From: Octopus vulgaris
Taxonomy: Eukaryota
Length of the DNA stretch: 64,000 nt
Direction of reading: 5' to 3'
NCBI GenBank assembly: GCA_951406725.2
Contig: OX597833.1
Location: 25,234,001-25,298,000 of the forward strand
Shown here: positions 42,324 through 57,145 of the stretch, in pieces
Layout of the letters: every line of letters starts with the position of its first letter
Numbering within the stretch: the first letter of the stretch is position 1
Translations under genes and position numbers: made by a program
The notes under the pieces: generated by a model
The model's input: the letters and a program-made list of their open reading frames with translations, nothing else
What the model was told of the DNA's origin: nothing
Database searches by the model: none

Positions 42324-42804
42324 TTTTTAAAGATACAACCCAAGAGCTGCACAGAGGAACAGAACCCTAAACTGAGAAAGGATTCTTTTCTGTCTTACGG
42401 CACCATTCAGTGACATTGATACTGTACTTGAAGTTTACTGATCCCATAGTATTTATAATCAACACGCCTAAGACCGTCTTTAGTTCTCTGATAGAAACTT
42501 AATGTTTTATCGTGGTCTAAACTAAAAGCCTTTCATCTAAATTACCTGATGACAATGTTATTTTACTGCAGTCTTCTATATTTTCAGAATGAATTAAACA
42601 AAAGCAGTCGTCTCCAGTATGTGGTTATAAACTGAATTCCATCTATGGTGGTGTTTCTCAATCTACTTCTTAAGCTGGAAGCGAAAGTGATTTATCGTTT
42701 AAACGTATTTTTGGATGTGTGTAAAGCAAGGCGTTTAACATTTTGTACTGTTTTTAGGAAAGAGGTGAAATCATTTGTGCTGGCGGTGATCAAATTAAGT
42801 TTGT

Positions 42805-43017
42805 ACTCTTTTGCTCTTTTACTTGCTTCAGTCATTTGACTGCGGCCATGCTGGAGCATCGGTTTTAGTCGACGAAATCCACCCCAGTACTTATTCTTTG
42901 TAAGCCCGGTACTTATTCTATCAGTCCCTTTTGCCGAACACTAAATTACGGGGACGTAAACACACCAGCATCGGTTATCAAGCAATGTTGGGGGGACAAA
43001 CACAGACACTCAAACAG

Positions 43018-43095
<78 letters not shown>

Positions 43096-43164
43096 TCAGT
43101 GGGACTGAACCCGGAACCATGTAGTTGGTAAGCAAGCTACTTACCACACAGCCACTCCTGCGCC
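42805..43164 (-). mobile_element. Family A SINE with internal deletion of the core
   Basis: Head GGCGCAGGAGTGGCTGTGTGGTAAGTAGC..GGGTTCAGTCCCACTG joins directly to the microsatellite; tail intact. Confidence 0.85.
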
Positions 43165-45338
43165 TGTCTGTAATGTTGTCTGATATTTATTGACTCTATC
43201 TCATTAGGTTATATTGTTTTGTTTTGTCTGGAAGTACTTGGGATTCACAGTATTGTTTCAAAAACTTGTGGTTCAAGAGAGATATTGAACACATCATTTT
43301 CAGGTGACTGAAATACCTGGGATGGACAGGTACAGAAGACGTTCCTCCAAATCAAAAACCATTATCATGCATGTCTCTATGCATGAGTGTGCGCGCAAGC
43401 GTTTGCGTGCGTGTGCATGTGTGTGTATGTGTTCATATATGTGTGTGTGTATGTGTCCATGTATGTGTGTGTTCATGTGTATGTGTTCATGTGTGTGGTG
43501 TGTGCGTGTAAAGTTTATATGTGAGGGCGAGTGTGTAAACACATCTGCATATTTAGACAGGAATTTAATTAATGGCATAACCATGACAACGGTTATCAGT
43601 ATGTAAATCACGGGCGTATTTAATTTACTTAATTACGTGAGCGACATCTGTTACTTTGCTCACGTTTAGATTATACACTGTAGGAAAAGTAAAACACCTT
43701 TTTGCTTAATCGTAGTTTGTATACGCCTCATTAACATATATATTCCGCCTTATTCAACCAGTCTATTTATGATTATATATGCACAGAAGGAACGTTTGAC
43801 CTTCGCAATGATTCATGCGACCCAACTGTGGTTTTCACACACATTGAGTAATTTAGTCGTCATCACATAGGTCATTGAATTTATGAAAAATGTAACTTGG
43901 TCACTCACCAGCTAATGTATTGCTAACCACATAGTGTCCATTCCCTGCTTGATTCAAACCTAAGGTTTTAGAAAATTTATCGATAATGGAGATTTATTCA
44001 TATAGAAAAAAATATTACACAATGAAAATATAAAATAAAATAAATTTATACCCGAACGGAACTTTGATAGTCTTGAATTCATTGAAATGTTAAGAAAATG
44101 TTGAATACATTTGATTTTGCTTTGACATCGGTTGCTTGTATACATTAAGTACTGGCGGCATTTATTTGGAACCGAAAAAATATTTCAATTTTATTGTACA
44201 TTTGGCTAGGTTCAAGAGATGTTTTATGCAATTAAACAATCACATTACCGAGAATTATAGGTGAACCGTCTTTTACTATAAAATATGCATTTAATAGAAT
44301 TTCATGATAACCAGTTCAGCGATCAATTGAAATCAACTATATTCGTGTTTGTGTATGTGTGTGTAAAAAGGGACATTGAATGCGGAAGATGATGGTTAAT
44401 CATATACATGTCTGTCTGTCTCTCTCCCAGCCTCTCTCTCTCTCTCGCGGTCTGCACAAACACAGACACACACACATGTATTATGTATATGCATACATAT
44501 ATATGTGTGTGTGTGTGTGTGTGTCTGTGTGTGTCTATGTTTGTGTGTGTGTGTTTGTTGGAATGTAGAGAACCCCTGTATAAATTGGATCATTATGCCT
44601 AAAATCAGCAAATATGGGGGCGAGGCAACATATGCATTACAGAGAAATTAAAATACAGGACATCAAGTAAATATTTTGAATATTCCGGAAAAGGCTTTCT
44701 CCTTTTGCATGCAAAAACAACAATTTAAATTTTGAAACCTTATGCATGTCTCCTCATTTATCTTGACACTGATCCAACCTGTATAAATATTCGGTTATTG
44801 ATTATATGCTTCATATGCATGACAGACATTAAGTCCCAAGAACCCATTCCGGAATTCTAAACTGTACATGATTTGCAATATATACACACTGACATAATAC
44901 AAACACACACCACACACACATACTCCCTCTCTCTCTCTTACACACACACACGCACGCGCACACAGACACATACAGAAAGTAATGGATGACAGAAAATATT
45001 TTGATGAACATTTATTTAACAGTCAGAAATATGCTAATATCATGACAAATACATTCGTAACTCCAGAATACACAAACAATTGTAATTATCATATCTGATG
45101 CATTATTTTGATCGAAGATTTTTTTGCATTTTATATTAATGCACATATGTAAGTAATTTGTTCCTTATTAAACATAATAATATGACTTGTGATATTAGGA
45201 TATTTCTTATTGTTAAATAAAACTTCATCAAAATATTTCTCTGCCATTTATGACTTTGTACACTCCTTATCCTTTTCTCTTATACGTTAATATAGATTCC
45301 GAGCTTTTTTATGAGCATCACCGGATTACTTGTATCCA

Positions 45339-45795
<457 letters not shown>

Positions 45796-46231
45796 TTATA
45801 TATTTATATAGAACTAACTTTATGGACTAATTTGTTTTTAATACCTGCAAAATTCCATAAATAATTATGTGCCCATGCTCAAACAACTACCGCATACAGG
45901 TATTTTGAAAAATGAGCATGAATGAACATTCTCGCATAACGAAATTTATCTTTAGTGAATTGAAATTCTTGTAAAAAATCTAGAGATAATGCAAGGGAAA
46001 TAACATCCCTTATAAGTCACCTCCCCTAATCGTCCTATCGCTTTTCAAGTCCTGCATAGATTCGTCTAACTTCGATCGTTCTCGTCCTAAATGAAGACGA
46101 TCATCAGCATTTTTAATTTCTGAAATCTCTCCACATGAAATAACTGTCAGCATTGTTACTTCAAAAATAAAGAATATTTATCAACCAAATGCAGTTTCCA
46201 GCATGCCCTCTTACACTTCCGTAATATCGTT

Positions 46232-46276
<45 letters not shown>

Positions 46277-46338
46277 TAACACATGCATTTATATGTATAT
46301 ATTATGTATTTATGTATACGTACATGCCAACATATATG

Positions 46339-46380
<42 letters not shown>

Positions 46381-46382
<2 letters not shown>

Positions 46383-46690
46383 AGGCTCAATGGCCCAGTG
46401 GTTAGGAGAGCGGATTCGCGGTCGTAGGATCACGGTTTCGATTCCCAGACCGGCGTTGTGAGTGTTTATTGAGCGAGAACACCTAATTCTCCACGAGGCT
46501 CCGGCAGGAGGTGGTGGCGATCCCTGCTGTACTCTTTCGCCACAACTTTCTCTTACTCTTTCTTCTGTTGGCCTGCTCGCTTAGCCAGCGGGGTAGCATC
46601 ATTTGAAGGCTAAAACAATACAAAGCGCATTGTGACCAGCGATGTGTAACAACAGCTGATAGCCTGGTCGGTCACGGGGATCACGGTGAT
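46381..46690 (+). mobile_element. Family B-headed SINE with an alternative 3' tail, inserted in (TA)n
   Basis: First 180 bp or so match 22572-22868 and 23091-23391; tail GCGCATTGTGACCAGCGATGTG..GATCACGGTGA differs. Confidence 0.8.
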
Positions 46691-47084
46691 ATATATATAT
46701 ATATGCGTTTTTGTGTATGTATGCGTATCGACATGAACGAATGTCCTAAGTGCACCACTTCACTTTCACTTGCTCATTGACATCTCATTCTGTTGTAATC
46801 TCTTTGGATCCGTATCTGTCATCTTCTCATTAACTTATTGTGACATTCACTAAATGAATGTGGCACTCAATTTCATTTTCATAATATCATTAATTGTAAA
46901 TGCACAGTTAAGAAATAAAATGTTTCTAACCACCATGTTTTTGGGTGTATATATATGTGAGAGGATACACATGCATACACACACGCACGCAGACACACAC
47001 ACACACTCATATATATATACAATAGTAGGCATATAAATATGAAACAAGATGGAGAATATTAAATATTAAAGCTGCAAAAGAAAT

Positions 47085-47378
47085 CACAGAAAATACCACA
47101 AAATATGGTATTCAGATTTTCACGTTACCCTTCATCGACCAGTTGTGATGCAGAACGGATCTATTCTGGATCACAACTGTCCGATTGTTAAAGCCGCAAA
47201 AACATCGCAATAAATATCACGAAAAAACTGCTATTCAGAGTTTCACGTTCCCGTTCGTAAGGCAATTGTCGTCCCGAACGGATCCATTCTGGATCACAAC
47301 GGCCCGACGAACGTCAACGTGAAACGCTGAATAGCAGGGTTTTTTTGTGATATTTCTGGCGATGGCCTTGCAACTTTG
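47085..47378. mobile_element. Palindromic MITE-like element (about 190 bp, 47190-47378) preceded by a partial tandem copy
   Basis: AAATATCACGAAAAAACTGCTATTCAGAGTTTCACGTT pairs with AACGTGAAACGCTGAATAGCAGGGTTTTTTTGTGATATTT; centre AACGGATCCATT repeated at about 47155. Confidence 0.7.
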
Positions 47379-47405
47379 ATAATAATGCATATATATATAT
47401 ATATA

Positions 47406-47480
<75 letters not shown>

Positions 47481-47497
47481 GTACATATATATATGTA

Positions 47498-47624
<127 letters not shown>

Positions 47625-49883
47625 GTGATCCGGACAGTAGTAGGGTTTAGGGATAAGCGTCGGTTCGTGCTTTGCCAAGTCACAGACCGGGAGATTGCTT
47701 CGTTTTGGTGTTGTATTGAATTTTACGTGCCAAAACCTCAGACCTGTATTCGCAGTATCCCGCTCAAACACCCCTGGATATCAAAGTGAAACGCTTTATT
47801 CATCGTCTTATCACATGCAATAATCTCAAGAGGAATGATACTGAATCAATCGACAAAGGACCTTAACACGACATTCCTATAAAACAACTCGGGTGTGCAC
47901 ATTTTCCTGCGGCATCATTGATTCTCGTGATCGTGACGACTGTCATTACCTTTTGATTCCGTATACATACACCCACGCCTAGTCACCTCTCGTGATATAC
48001 TTTACAATGTTGTCTTGAAAATGCATACGAATGAATGGGCTTTCTTTTGGTTCATCTGTCACTAGCCGACGCACTAACTCTGTAGCAACAGGATAAATTT
48101 GATACATTTTTCTTTTAGAATCATGTCAGAATACACATACTCTACTTCGAAATCTTCAAGGTTAGACAGCTGTCGACTTACGTCCATCGGAATACGTAGT
48201 TTCACAATTTGATTGATCGACGTTCATTGTTGTAGAAGTTCATTAATTTTAGAGTCCATTTCAGTAGATGTTCTCCCAGATTTGAAAGATTAGTGCCACT
48301 AGTGAAATAGAATGTGGCTCAAGTAATAATTTCTCATAGTTCTGTTAAGAATGCTTCTGCAATTTTTTTTTTTATTTCAATTTAAAACAAAATTTCAAAC
48401 AAATATGTGTTATACTTCTAAAACCAACATTGGTGAACTTGCGGCAAAATACTAAGTGTACTTAAACTCCCTTCGTTTTGATTTGTGAAGATTGATATCC
48501 ACTCATATGGTGTAACATGGTTACGTTTAGACACGCAATCAAGCTCGATAAGAGACTGTGTATCACTGTACGCCATCTTGTTGGCGCGTTGTTTTAATAG
48601 TCCGGTTCGTTCTTGGACAAGCCTTTTCAACCATCCATGCGCTATTGAGTAAAGCACAGCTCTATTTGACTCACTTGCTGACATTGCGAAGCCATTCCAA
48701 GTGGAAGCTGTAATCGCATATATATGAACGGCATATTGATGTCATAGTCTTAGTTTAATAGTTTAGCATAATGACATGTTTAACGTAATGTTCACCTTCT
48801 GTAACAATGTCACCATCAATCGTACATTTATGTAAATGGTTTCTTTGAATTCTTGTTCCATTATAGAGACCATTAGCTCTATTTAAATTTCACAATAGCA
48901 TTACATCATAACTTCTTTTCAAGTACAAAGTATGTGTGGAAGGCAATTCACCAAAGTTACAGCTGTTTAGAAACGTCATTGCATAATTCTACAGAATGTC
49001 TCCATCGCTTTAGGAATCAATGCTTTTGTAAGTGATTGTTTCTCTATCAGATATGCTGATAATTTCCTCATTTAGTATCTAGACATAAAAGTAACTAGAT
49101 CCAGTAACTAGATACGGAAATATGCCTCCGAGATGCAACTGAAACACAGAACTGCTTACGGCCGACATATTAGCAGAGTAACTTGAAAAATTACCTATTG
49201 ACCTTCCTTCAGACTTCTAACAAAATTTACAACGGGAAATATTAACACTAAAGTCTATTATCAATCGTCAATCTGCTGATATTGATTTCGCTTAAAACAG
49301 TTATTAATGAACAACAACATTCTATGGTGTAGTTAAATTGGAGAGAAATGGAGAAGTGGACAACAATTTTATTGTAAGTGGCATATCAGAATGAGATACA
49401 GAGGGGGAAAACTGAAATGTTAATAAGGTTTTGGTTGTGTTTTTCTTTTGATATTATTGTAAGGTTGGATCTTATAAATATGTCAGGTTGCATTGGCATT
49501 TTCAGGAACGCCGAGGGAATATTTTGACAGATTAGTTTTAAGATATATAAGAGAAATAAAATGCTAAAACAGAAATGGTGAAAAATATAAATATAAGAAG
49601 GCTTGATAAATGCACAAATGCATTAATAAATCAAGAAAACTCAAGAATGGACTGGAGGGAATTTTCGAAACTCCAACGGCACACGTAACGCGCGTTGAAA
49701 ATCTTGATAAGCGTAGCATGCTAAAAGTAGATACTTCAACTTTGTTAACTGTATAATATAATGTTTGGCATGTAACACCACATACAAAAAATCATTACGA
49801 TATTTTTTGTGTCTAAAGGCAATTCTAAAAATCATCTATAAGAGCAAAATCTGCACTAGTCTCCAAAATATTCGGTCGCTATA

Positions 49884-50405
49884 TACGGAAGCTGGGCAAA
49901 ATGATGGAAACACCTTATGAAATGGTATATATTATTTAATGCGGCGTTTGTCATCAACTGCAGCTATAATATGCCGAAGAATTGACTCGTACACGTTCTA
50001 AATGGTAGTTAAGGGGGTTTTTGAACCATGTTTCAAGTCTAACCTACTTTCGCTCTTTCAGTAACGATGGTGGATGAAGGTGACTTCTCACTGCTCCAAA
50101 ATGCACCATAAATGTTCGATTATATTGAAATCTGGCGACGATGGGAGCCTATCCGAATGGCATAGTTCTTTACTTTTGTACTCTTCGTACAAATTTTGAA
50201 TAACTAGCCGTATGAATCGGTGGATTATTGTCTCGGAAATTTGTACTGCCATTAGTAAAACATGTTAGTACCACAAGATGGAGAGAATCCACCGAAATAC
50301 TCCGATAATTCTTGGTGTTAACTCTACCATGTAGCATAATTAAAGGGCCAAGAGAATTCTGTGATATAGCTGCCAAATCATTATAGAGCACCCTCCACAC
50401 TTCGC
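49884..50405 (-). mobile_element. Tc1-type transposon 3' remnant
   Basis: Minus translation AAISQNSLGPLIMLHGRVNTKNY..FRDNNPPIHTA..PSSPDFNIIEHLW (Tc1 DDE region); TIR-like end TA|CGGAAGCTGGGCAAAATGATGGAAACACC. Confidence 0.75.
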
Positions 50406-50699
50406 GGTAGAAACCAAACTGACAAGGTCGAAGGTGACATTGGGCTGCTGTCTCCACTTACTTGTACTTGCGGAGGCATTCACCCGGGGTGAGCTGAGCC
50501 GGCTTCGACCAATAAGTTCACCACGATCCTTGCAAACGCTGACATCCGACGGTCGTCCAGCAAGCAAATAAATGCTTGTGCCTGGTGTTCAAAGGCTCAA
50601 CTTGCAAGTGTGACAAATGCCTCACTTGCACAACAAGCGCATCGGATAGTGTGGACGCTGTAACCGTAGTCATCATTCGTTGTTGAGGGATTGTCTTGT

Positions 50700-51030
50700 T
50701 CGGAGTTTCAATAGGAATACAAATTCAAATGTGGTTCCCGGTGACATTCATACACACTTTGAGAGTGTGATACGTAGCAGCTCATCTTACCGACGTTTGT
50801 CGACCTTCGCTGTGGGTTCTCTAACCAAGTCACTGCCAATTATTCGGAGCTGGCAAAGTCTGGGTTTGAACCGGGTGATACACATGCTAGTTAAATAGTA
50901 GTTTGGACCCTAACGTGGTACTACTCAGGTTCAGATTAGATTTGAAAACAATTGTGGATAAGGGGTGGTTTCGAACTCCCCCAAATCCTGGAATTCCCGT
51001 ACAAAGGCCCCACTACCGTAGAAAAGGGTG
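50700..51030. mobile_element. Possible Gypsy gag (-) and integrase C-terminal (+) scraps
   Basis: Minus DLVREPT..DELLRITLS resembles gag; plus LEFPYKGPTTV resembles the LxPPYxGP motif; both weak. Confidence 0.25.
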
Positions 51031-54000
51031 AGTGGGGATTCATCAGAGTAGATGACATTTTCCCATTTAGTCATTTACTGCTTATCAATGTTAACGGGGA
51101 ACTGAAGAGGATTAGTAATTGCTGTTCTCTTGTGGTATTCATCTTTATGGAGCTCACGAGGTTGGCAAGCTGGTGATTTATCTCTGCTTTCACTTTTGTT
51201 CCGTCGTCGTTTTATGGCTTTTAGACAATATGTTCCACAATTCTGAGTGTTTTGTCAACTGTTAACAATTTTACTTGTCAAAACCTTGTTTGGGGAATGA
51301 CGGCATGATTTTAGAGACTGTGCGGCATCAATTTAGAGACTGAACATCTAATAACGATAAACAAATTTGCAGTTTTTATGACTAAAGCTCCATCCATCCA
51401 TCCATCCATCCATCCATCCATCCATCCAGCCAACTAGCCAGTCATGCTCCAACAATTTGGAGGTTACGAATTTTAGCCTATACATATACATACGTGTGTG
51501 TCTGTACGTGTGTTTGTGTGTGCTTTTGTAAGTGAGACATGGAAAGCAAAAGTGTAAACCATATATAATACATATATGATACATCTGAACACATATATAC
51601 GAAATCGTACATTTCTTAATTTGTCATCTTGCCAACAGGAAAAATAATTAAATACGAAGTGGTGTTTCTATTATTTTGTACAACCCTTGTAATTGGTCCT
51701 AACATATAAACAAGGTCAGTTATTTCAGTGAGACGTGTTAGTTGATTAAATCAATCCCACTACTTGAAATTCTTTAACCATCCCAAAAGGATGAAACAAA
51801 ATATTGACTTTGGCAGGTTCCAAGCTGAAATATATGTCTGCCGCAAGGCAGTTTTACAGATTCTCTAATGATTCGGAAAATCTGGCGCCCTTGGTCAGTA
51901 TATAACAATAGAGGCACTGTGCTGAGTTACTGTTTCATAAACTAGAGTTTTCGTTCACACTAAAACTAGGACCAGAAGTAACAATGTATTAAATTACAAG
52001 TGAATGGTTAAAAATAAGAAACGACGAACTTTATGGCAGTTGAAGTGGTTATTTTCTTTGAAAATCTCTTCTAACTACACCACAGTTAATTTATCACATT
52101 CAGCGCATTTGCCACTTTTATCCAAGGCACTGCATGTTATATAGCTCCCGCCTTCCGTTAGTATTACGTTATTTACGAATGAATTCAACGATTTCTTGGG
52201 AAAATATGCCGACGTAGATAACAATGTAATAATGGGGAATATCAGTACCCATTAGCTTTCAACTATTCTCTCTTATAGAAATAATCTTAATACCAATACA
52301 TTAAATTATCTACACATGTTTCAAGTCATATTCTTGATTTTATTATTATTTGAGCAACAGACACTATTATTTCTGGTACTTTGGTTAATGATTTTACTAT
52401 CAGTGATTAACTTTTAAGAAACTTAGCTTAATTTTCCAATATTGTGAACATAAAATAATTACCTTCCTGCTGAGGAAGTTATCAAACACTACCTAATTTT
52501 TCACTTCGGTGAAAACATCATGGTTATACAGAAGCAAGTTATTAATCAGTGATTATTGGCATACTTATGTACTGCACTATATAACGTAACCAACACCAAA
52601 ACTCTGAGATTACATGTCCATTGAACTTGAATCTGTTGCCACCCAGCGAAACCATAAAATTACAGAAGCTGAACGAATGAAGCTCAGAGAAAAGAAAATA
52701 TGGCGGTGGCAGTCGTCTTTAGAACTAAATATATATACTATATCGATGCCGTATTCTTCAACATAGAATTCTATTATTCAACATAAACGGAATTCAATAA
52801 ATCAACCAGCAGTGGACATTGCTAATTCATTCGGAAGCTATTCTAAGTTAGAATAAATTTCCTTCATAAGTCTTTACAACCAGTATAAAAGTTTGAAGTC
52901 GATTCTTTCCTGAGATCTTTCAACTCGAAATCCTTTACAGTACATCCTGTGCCAAAACTGATATGTCTCCTAATCAGTAATGTTAAGGGATTGGTCTCTC
53001 GGCAGCAACTATATATATTAAATCAAATAATGATCTTGATAAAAGCAACTTATTATAGCAAGGTATCAGACGTAATATTCCAAAATTCAAGCTGTTCAGC
53101 GCAGTTAATCATGACATTCTTATATAACGTCTTGAGCCCCAATTTGTTTTGTCTTAGTTCGACGGTACTATTCTCCTTCTCGGAAGATGCCAGGAAGTAC
53201 ATGTTTATGTCCTGTGTTGATGCCCCATAGTAATATATTGCACTGCACCGCAGAAAGCAGTACTCGGCCACTGTTTTACTCATTATTCATCGACACATTA
53301 TCAAATTTCTTGTGCAAATTTGATATTCCTTTCTAGACCCATGACATGCATAATTATGTTGCTATACTGACAATTTCTTTCAATATATTTTACAAGCTCA
53401 TATCCAACGAAATGAATTTAAACATAATCAAAAGTAAAGAATTCTCCTACGTTTTGCACCATAATATTGCAAATATCCACAATAGGCATATTCGAATCTA
53501 TCAAATACACACCTCTCATCAACAGTTTAACGGGCAATATTCCATAATTTTCTAATATCTGATGAACAGCGAACGCATCTGTTAGACGCGTGAGAACATA
53601 GATCATTGTGTAGGGAATCTTGTTTTGGTCTGTTTGGTAGAACATCACCTGCAATAATTGTAGAGACCCAAATGTGACGGTCTCAGTTACAGGTTCTCCA
53701 CTTGAAGACACTGTCAGCCATTCTTTCTGGTGCTGTTTTTCCCGTTGAATTTAGTTTTCTTCCTCTGCAAACCTCAGTCTTTCCTCTCCTCTTTCTAAAA
53801 GCTTGTCTACTATTTCCCACCAGAAGCATTCTTCACTAATGTCATCCCACGTTCCAACGTTCATATAAAGAAAGGGTTGACATTGTGTTCTCCACTCGAA
53901 TGCCAGTTGACTATACAGCAGGTCCTTGAACGTCCTGATCCTATCGGAAGTATTGATAAGAAACGCCTGTTTCACTTGCTTAGCATATATAGGATCAGAA

Positions 54001-54432
54001 AAATTTCCAGGTGAAGATATTTTAAAGCATTTGATTCATCGTTTATTTTCGGTAATTTGAATTATTTTAATGAAATTCTGGTCTGAATAAACTAAACAAA
54101 GTTGTAAAGAAAAACTTTAAATCATTCAAAATATTTGTGCATGTTTTTATAAATGGCTACGTAGATTCTTTGCGAGTAAATTTGAAAAATATGTTAGATT
54201 TTCCATGAAACGTTATTTCACTCGATTATTGCATGATTTAATAAGTTTAGTTCTGGCAGATACTCTAGTTAGATGACCTGAGGTCCTATTCAACGATCAT
54301 TTTCTTTTGCCCATCAGCAACCCAGTGTAGCCTTTGCATATACCGTATGACATAACTGGAATTATTTGCAGTTACAACTCTGGTATGTATCTATGGGAAT
54401 TTTTCCTGTTATTAATTCAAAGCATTCCATAT

Positions 54433-54476
<44 letters not shown>

Positions 54477-55334
54477 CAAGTTAATTGACTGAACAAAATA
54501 CATTTTCATGCGCTAAGTCATGCTTTTCAATGTTCCTACACTTTTGTACGATTTAAGAACACTGTTAATAATGAATTAATAATATTGATTATGATGAGTG
54601 CAAATTGTACATTGTGGTAAAGAATACAGGATTTTGTAATTTTTTCTTTATGCTTACTGACAATAGGCCTTAGAGAGAAGGAACATTCCTAAGAATATAC
54701 GCTGTTCCAATTAGAAGAGATTGTTGGAAATTTCTCATGTCCATCTTGGTATCCAATTGTTTGAGGAGGTATGATTGAATTTTGAGGACTGAACTTAATG
54801 ATTCGATGATAATTAGTAACATTGTCACTTCTGCTGCGGGGCGTTTTCATATACTTGATATCTCTGATTTTAAATCTTTGTCTGTAACGTTTTTCTTTGA
54901 AGAAATTGTTTGATATATTATGAGGCATTCTCATTTTTATAATTTGTTGTTCTTTGGGTTATCAGAATCCTATAACATATGGGTTTATCAGGTTTCTTTA
55001 GAGAGTTTGCTGGTACATAACTACCATTTGTCTCAAATATTTTTTCCTTCACATATATTACAAATTGATAAGTGTAAATTATCCATTGAGAGAATTGGTC
55101 ATGCGGATTGTCTATCGAAACTGATTCCCAAAAATACGGAACCAAAAGAAGATAGTGATACCTGCACTGCAGGCAGAAAATGAAATAAAATGTATTATGA
55201 CTAATGTTATCCAAGAACTATCAGTGATTGTACGGGATATAAGAATGAAATCTGTAGCGATGAGTATATTACAAAAATGAAATGTTTTAAAAAAATAAAC
55301 AGAACAGAAATACAAATTCGAGTAGCTTCTGAAT

Positions 55335-56340
55335 GTGCGACGGTATTCTGATGCATGCGCGAAGCGTTGTAGTATCGATTACATTACAAAAATGTGCTTT
55401 GCAGCAATTCCACAGCTGATAGCCGGGAATGTCAACGTCGAAAGCTCTGATGAGACGCTATATCAATTGACCGACCATCGAGGTCGAGCGCTCGCGGCCA
55501 AAGCCTCACCGGTAAAATATCAATCGTAGCCAGAGACTGAGAACCCATGGTCTAGGTTATGATCGACTATGCCGGACCGGAGAACGGTGCTTAGTATCTA
55601 ATCGTGATTGACAGCTGTAAAAAGTAGCCAGAAGTATGCAGGTAAGACAACTTTAAACTTCCTATATGAACTGTGTGTGCGATATGATGTTCCAGACACG
55701 TTAGTTTCTGATAATGGAACGCAATTCTCGGGGTATGAATTAAAGAAATTCTGTAAAATGCATGTGATAAAGTATATTTTCACTCCACTCTACCACCCGA
55801 GACCAAATGGGCATCTAGAAAGATTAGTGGACTTGTTCAAAAGAGTGTTAAGAAAAGCTTTGAACGAATTAAGTGACGACGAAATACTAACAAAATTTTT
55901 AAGGGTATATAGAGTAACGCCCAATCCAAGTACAAATTCAAGAAAATTACTCGCGGAGTTGATGTTCGCGAGAAGGATAAGATTTATGATAAGTTATTGC
56001 CAAAGTAAAAAAAAGGATGTAAAGGAAATACGAAATATGCAACGAAATATTTCGAAGTATGAAAGTGCATTTTAAAACCTACAGAAATGGTAAAGACGGC
56101 TGGAATGATGGTCAAAAACAAAAAAAAAAAAAAAAAAAGGAAGTATGATTAATCTAATTAAAGGATCACGCTGGGAACATAAGAGACACGTAAATCAGCC
56201 AAAGAAGAGACATACCGAAGAACGGAGAGAAATTCTAATGAATGTATTTTTTGATGTAATCGATGTCCCGGCGCCGAAAGTAATGGAGTTCCGCAGAACT
56301 AGCATGAGAAAACCTTGAGATAAGGCCCAAGTGAAAAAGA
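55335..56340 (+). pseudogene. Gypsy/Mag (K02A2.6-like) integrase remnant
   Basis: LQQFHS..PGMSTSKALMR (H2C2 region), PWSRL.IDYAGP, VPDTLVSDNGTQF, YHPRPNGHLERLVDLFKR, YRVTPN; stops and deletions. Confidence 0.9.
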
Positions 56341-56404
56341 TACTAAAAAATAATAATAAAGAAAAAAATGTTTACTCCTTCGGAACTCGAAATCGCAAGA
56401 GAGG

Positions 56405-56672
56405 TGTTGTGGTGGGAGTACGATACCCTCTGATGAGAATAGACGGGGCCACTACATATAAATAGTAACGGTCTGACGTAGTCGGCAGTTCGTATTTCGA
56501 AGTTCAGGTGTAGTTCGAGTCAGTGTGTTGGAAATATTGGTTTTGGTACGTTATGTGTTTGTTATTGCTGCTGTTATAGCACTGTATTTTTATAAGACTG
56601 TTACAGTATATTCTTTATATATCGTCGACAATATCAACCGTACTACAATATTGGAGATGTAAGGATATAACA
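56405..56672 (+). mobile_element. Candidate 3' LTR of the Gypsy element
   Basis: Purine tract AAGAGAGG immediately before TGTTG; ends TAACA; TATA-like TATATAAAT inside. Confidence 0.6.
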
Positions 56673-57019
56673 ATATACATTTAGCTTGTTGTTTAACTAA
56701 GAGATGTTCCATGTAAATTTATAATTGGAAAATAATTAATCCTAAAAATGCACTGAAAATAGACAATATTCAACATCCGAATTTTATTCAATCATTAAAC
56801 ATGACAATACTTGTTATAATACCTGTTAACTGTTTTGTGCTGATCAGCTTACCTCAACTGCGCTTTAGTAAGCTATGGAAGGGCAACAAATCTTGGCATT
56901 TCAAAATGGCCTATGAGATACTCTCTCATCTTACCATTTTCATATCGTGCCTTTTAAATTACTGTGTTTGCCAGAAATTTGATAGCACTTTTACTTATAT
57001 ATAGCTTTTAAATATGGGC

Positions 57020-57145
57020 ACAGCGGGTACCTATTTAATCCTCTCCGGAAAGTTGAAAGGCAAAGTCGACCCCCACGGAATTTGAACTCCGGGGAATGCC
57101 GCTAAGCATTTTGCTCGGCGTGCTAACGGTTCAGCCAGCTCACTA
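57020..57145 (-). mobile_element. Family C Meta-domain SINE fragment
   Basis: TGAAAGGCAAAGTCGACCCCCACGGAATTTGAACTC..GCTAAGCATTTTGCTCGGCGTGCTAACG. Confidence 0.75.

Noticed and set aside
47625-48720. Higher-complexity non-repetitive stretch
   Set aside because: No sustained ORF, termini or motif that I could support; needs a repeat database search
53418-53975. Two in-frame minus-strand ORFs with faint hAT-like FWW motif
   Set aside because: Interrupted by a stop, no diagnostic motif, no splice support
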